A stretch of DNA of 64,000 nt from Octopus sinensis (taxonomy: Eukaryota). The notes under the pieces were generated by a model. It saw nothing but the letters and a program-made list of their open reading frames with translations, ran no database searches and was not told the DNA's origin. The stretch lies in NCBI RefSeq assembly GCF_006345805.1, contig NC_043000.1:119474001-119538000 (forward strand), written 5' to 3'. Numbering within the stretch: the first letter of the stretch is position 1; every line of letters starts with the position of its first letter. Positions 62,013-64,000 of the stretch are shown piece by piece. Made by a program: the position numbers and the translations under genes.

Positions 62013-62690
62013 CTGTTGGTAAGAGGGGAACAGAGATGATAAATATCTTTTACCTTTTACTTGATTCAGTCATATGGCTATGGCCATGCTGGGGCACTGC
62101 CTTGAAGAATTTTAGTCGACTTTTTTTTTTTTTTTTTGAAGCTTAGTACTTATTCTATCAATGTTCCTTTTGCAGAACCATTAAGTTATGGGGATGTAAA
62201 CACACCAACACCGGTTGTCAATAAGTGGTGAGGGACACAAAGACACTCGCAAGGCCTTGATCGGCCTAAGGCTAAAATAGGAGGGACTTGCCCATGGTGC
62301 CATGCAGTGGGACTGAAACCTGGAACCATGTGGTCGGGAAGCAGAGCGTCTTACCACACCACCAAGCCTGCACCTATATTCAAGTAATAATAATATGAAT
62401 AGGTGCAGGCATGGCTCTGTAGTAAAAGGTCTGCTTCTCAACCACATGGTTCTGGGTTCAGTCCTATTGCATGACACTTTGGGCAAGTGTCTTCTACTCT
62501 AGCCTCAGGCTGACCAAAGTCTTGTGAGTGGATGTGTTAAAAGGAAACTGAAAGAAGCCCATTACATATGTGTGCATGTGTTTGTCCCCAACAACAGCTT
62601 GATAATGGGTGTTGTGTTTACATACTTGTAACTTAGTGGTTTGGCAAAAGAGACTGATAGAATAAATACCAGGCTTAAAAACATCTTAAG

Positions 62691-63188
62691 TACCGTAAAT
62701 CCTCGAGTATAATCTGCATTTTTTTCCCCCAAATCCCTCGTGCGTACTATATACGAGGTTAAAAATGTAAACTATTTTCTAAGCAATGTCTGAGTCTATT
62801 TGCTGTCCGGCAATGTTTATTCAGACGCATTTTGTGATGTCGGGTGCGAAAATACCTGAAGCTAAGTCTGAAAGCAATGAAGTCATAAAAGAATCATCCA
62901 TAACTTGCAGTAAGCAACATTTATTAAAATAAAAGTATTCAGAACACAGAATAACATGTAACAAAAACAATTTGCAAACATATTTACATTCCCATATAAC
63001 AGTTAAGAACATCACCATTATTGTATTACGCATGCGCGGAAGTGTTTGTTCGACTAGGTGCTGCTGGCTTAATTATGAACGACTCAAGTTAGAAAAGGAG
63101 TGCGTATTATACACAAGGTTTAAGTGTTTCAGAGGTACAGCCCCTCCCCCCCCAATCCCCTGCGTATTATACTCGAAGATTTATGGTA
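62691..63188. mobile_element. Same pogo-type MITE in opposite orientation
   Basis: TA-CCGTAAATCCTCGAGTATAATCTGC ... GCGTATTATACTCGAAGATTTATGG-TA; interior is the reverse complement of 30892-31400. Confidence 0.88.
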
Positions 63189-64000
63189 CTGGGATCAATT
63201 AACTTGACTAAAATTCATCTCAGCATATAGTGAGACTAATAATGGACCATCCCTTCAGAAAGGTAAGAAAGGGGTTTGTGTAGGGATAGTACCCCTATGT
63301 AGAAAAAAGGCAAAATTACAGAAGCATCAAAATGTTGGCTTCACAACCCAGTAATTTCCAGTTCATTCTCACTGCCAACAAGACCTGGGAGAGGAACGCC
63401 TTCTCTCAAGGCCCTGAGTCAAGAACAGTGAAGTTGTTGATGACCAATGCTCCATGGGGAGCGAAAGATCTAGATAATTAACTTGTAAGTGGAATTGGTA
63501 GATGGAAACTATATAGAAGCCTGTCATGTGTGTGTAGGTTTATATTCTGTATTTGTATGAAAGCAGTGAGGCAAAAATGAGGGCATTTGTTGTCATCATA
63601 ATCCTCTGGCCCTGCACATTCAAAAAGAAGTGGAATGATAAAAAAAAATCTGTTACTTGAAAAATTTGTGCTGTTAGTGATAGGAAGGGCAACATCTCAA
63701 TTAAATACATATTCATTCAAACCATGCTAGCATAGAACAGTGGACATAAAATGAAAACTATGGTCCATACAAGATTCTACATCATCTTTCCCACTGCTGC
63801 TGTACCTTGCATATCATCATCACCATTCACCTATCCTCCATGACATACTGCTATCGCTCTCATCTAAACCCCTCTCCATACTGGTATTTCCTATTAACAG
63901 TACCTCCACTCCTGTTCATGACTCACTAGTCACCTCTACCCCCAATCGCTCACCATCTGTTATTGTCCCTTCATACTCTTATGGAACTATCCCAACCCCT

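Noticed and set aside
63770-64000. RTE endonuclease fossil on minus (GVGIV...); similar purine-rich stretches at 39060-39370 and 60550-60690
   Set aside because: Only 4-5-residue motifs amid stops; not supportable without a profile search.

Overview
AT-rich eukaryotic genomic DNA, dense in retroposons and microsatellites. The SINE families and repeat landscape suggest a coleoid cephalopod, probably Octopus (inference). Two convergent protein-coding genes can be reconstructed by hand. (1) On +, a complete two-coding-exon FAM167-family gene (4949-6109 and 18261-18515; about 471 aa; 12.15-kb phase-0 intron) with a much expanded low-complexity middle. (2) On -, the 3' part of KNTC1/ROD (RZZ kinetochore subunit): 21 phase-compatible GT-AG exons from 62012 down to 23464 (794 codons) plus a tentative last exon at 20959-21072; its 5' part lies beyond 64000. 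Homology calls rest on recalled human FAM167A/B and KNTC1 sequences, not on a database search. The remainder is at least five SINE/non-autonomous retroposon families, RTE and CR1 LINE fragments, a piggyBac remnant with TTAA MITEs, pogo-type MITEs, non-autonomous Helitrons and fold-back elements. The most notable signals are several different hammerhead-ribozyme-like motifs beside (TA)n tracts (one inside a 65-bp inverted repeat, one with a U3-A8 compensatory core), a 66-bp hairpin minisatellite, a tandem trimer of Pol III-type units, and several inverted structures able to form intronic dsRNA next to exons.
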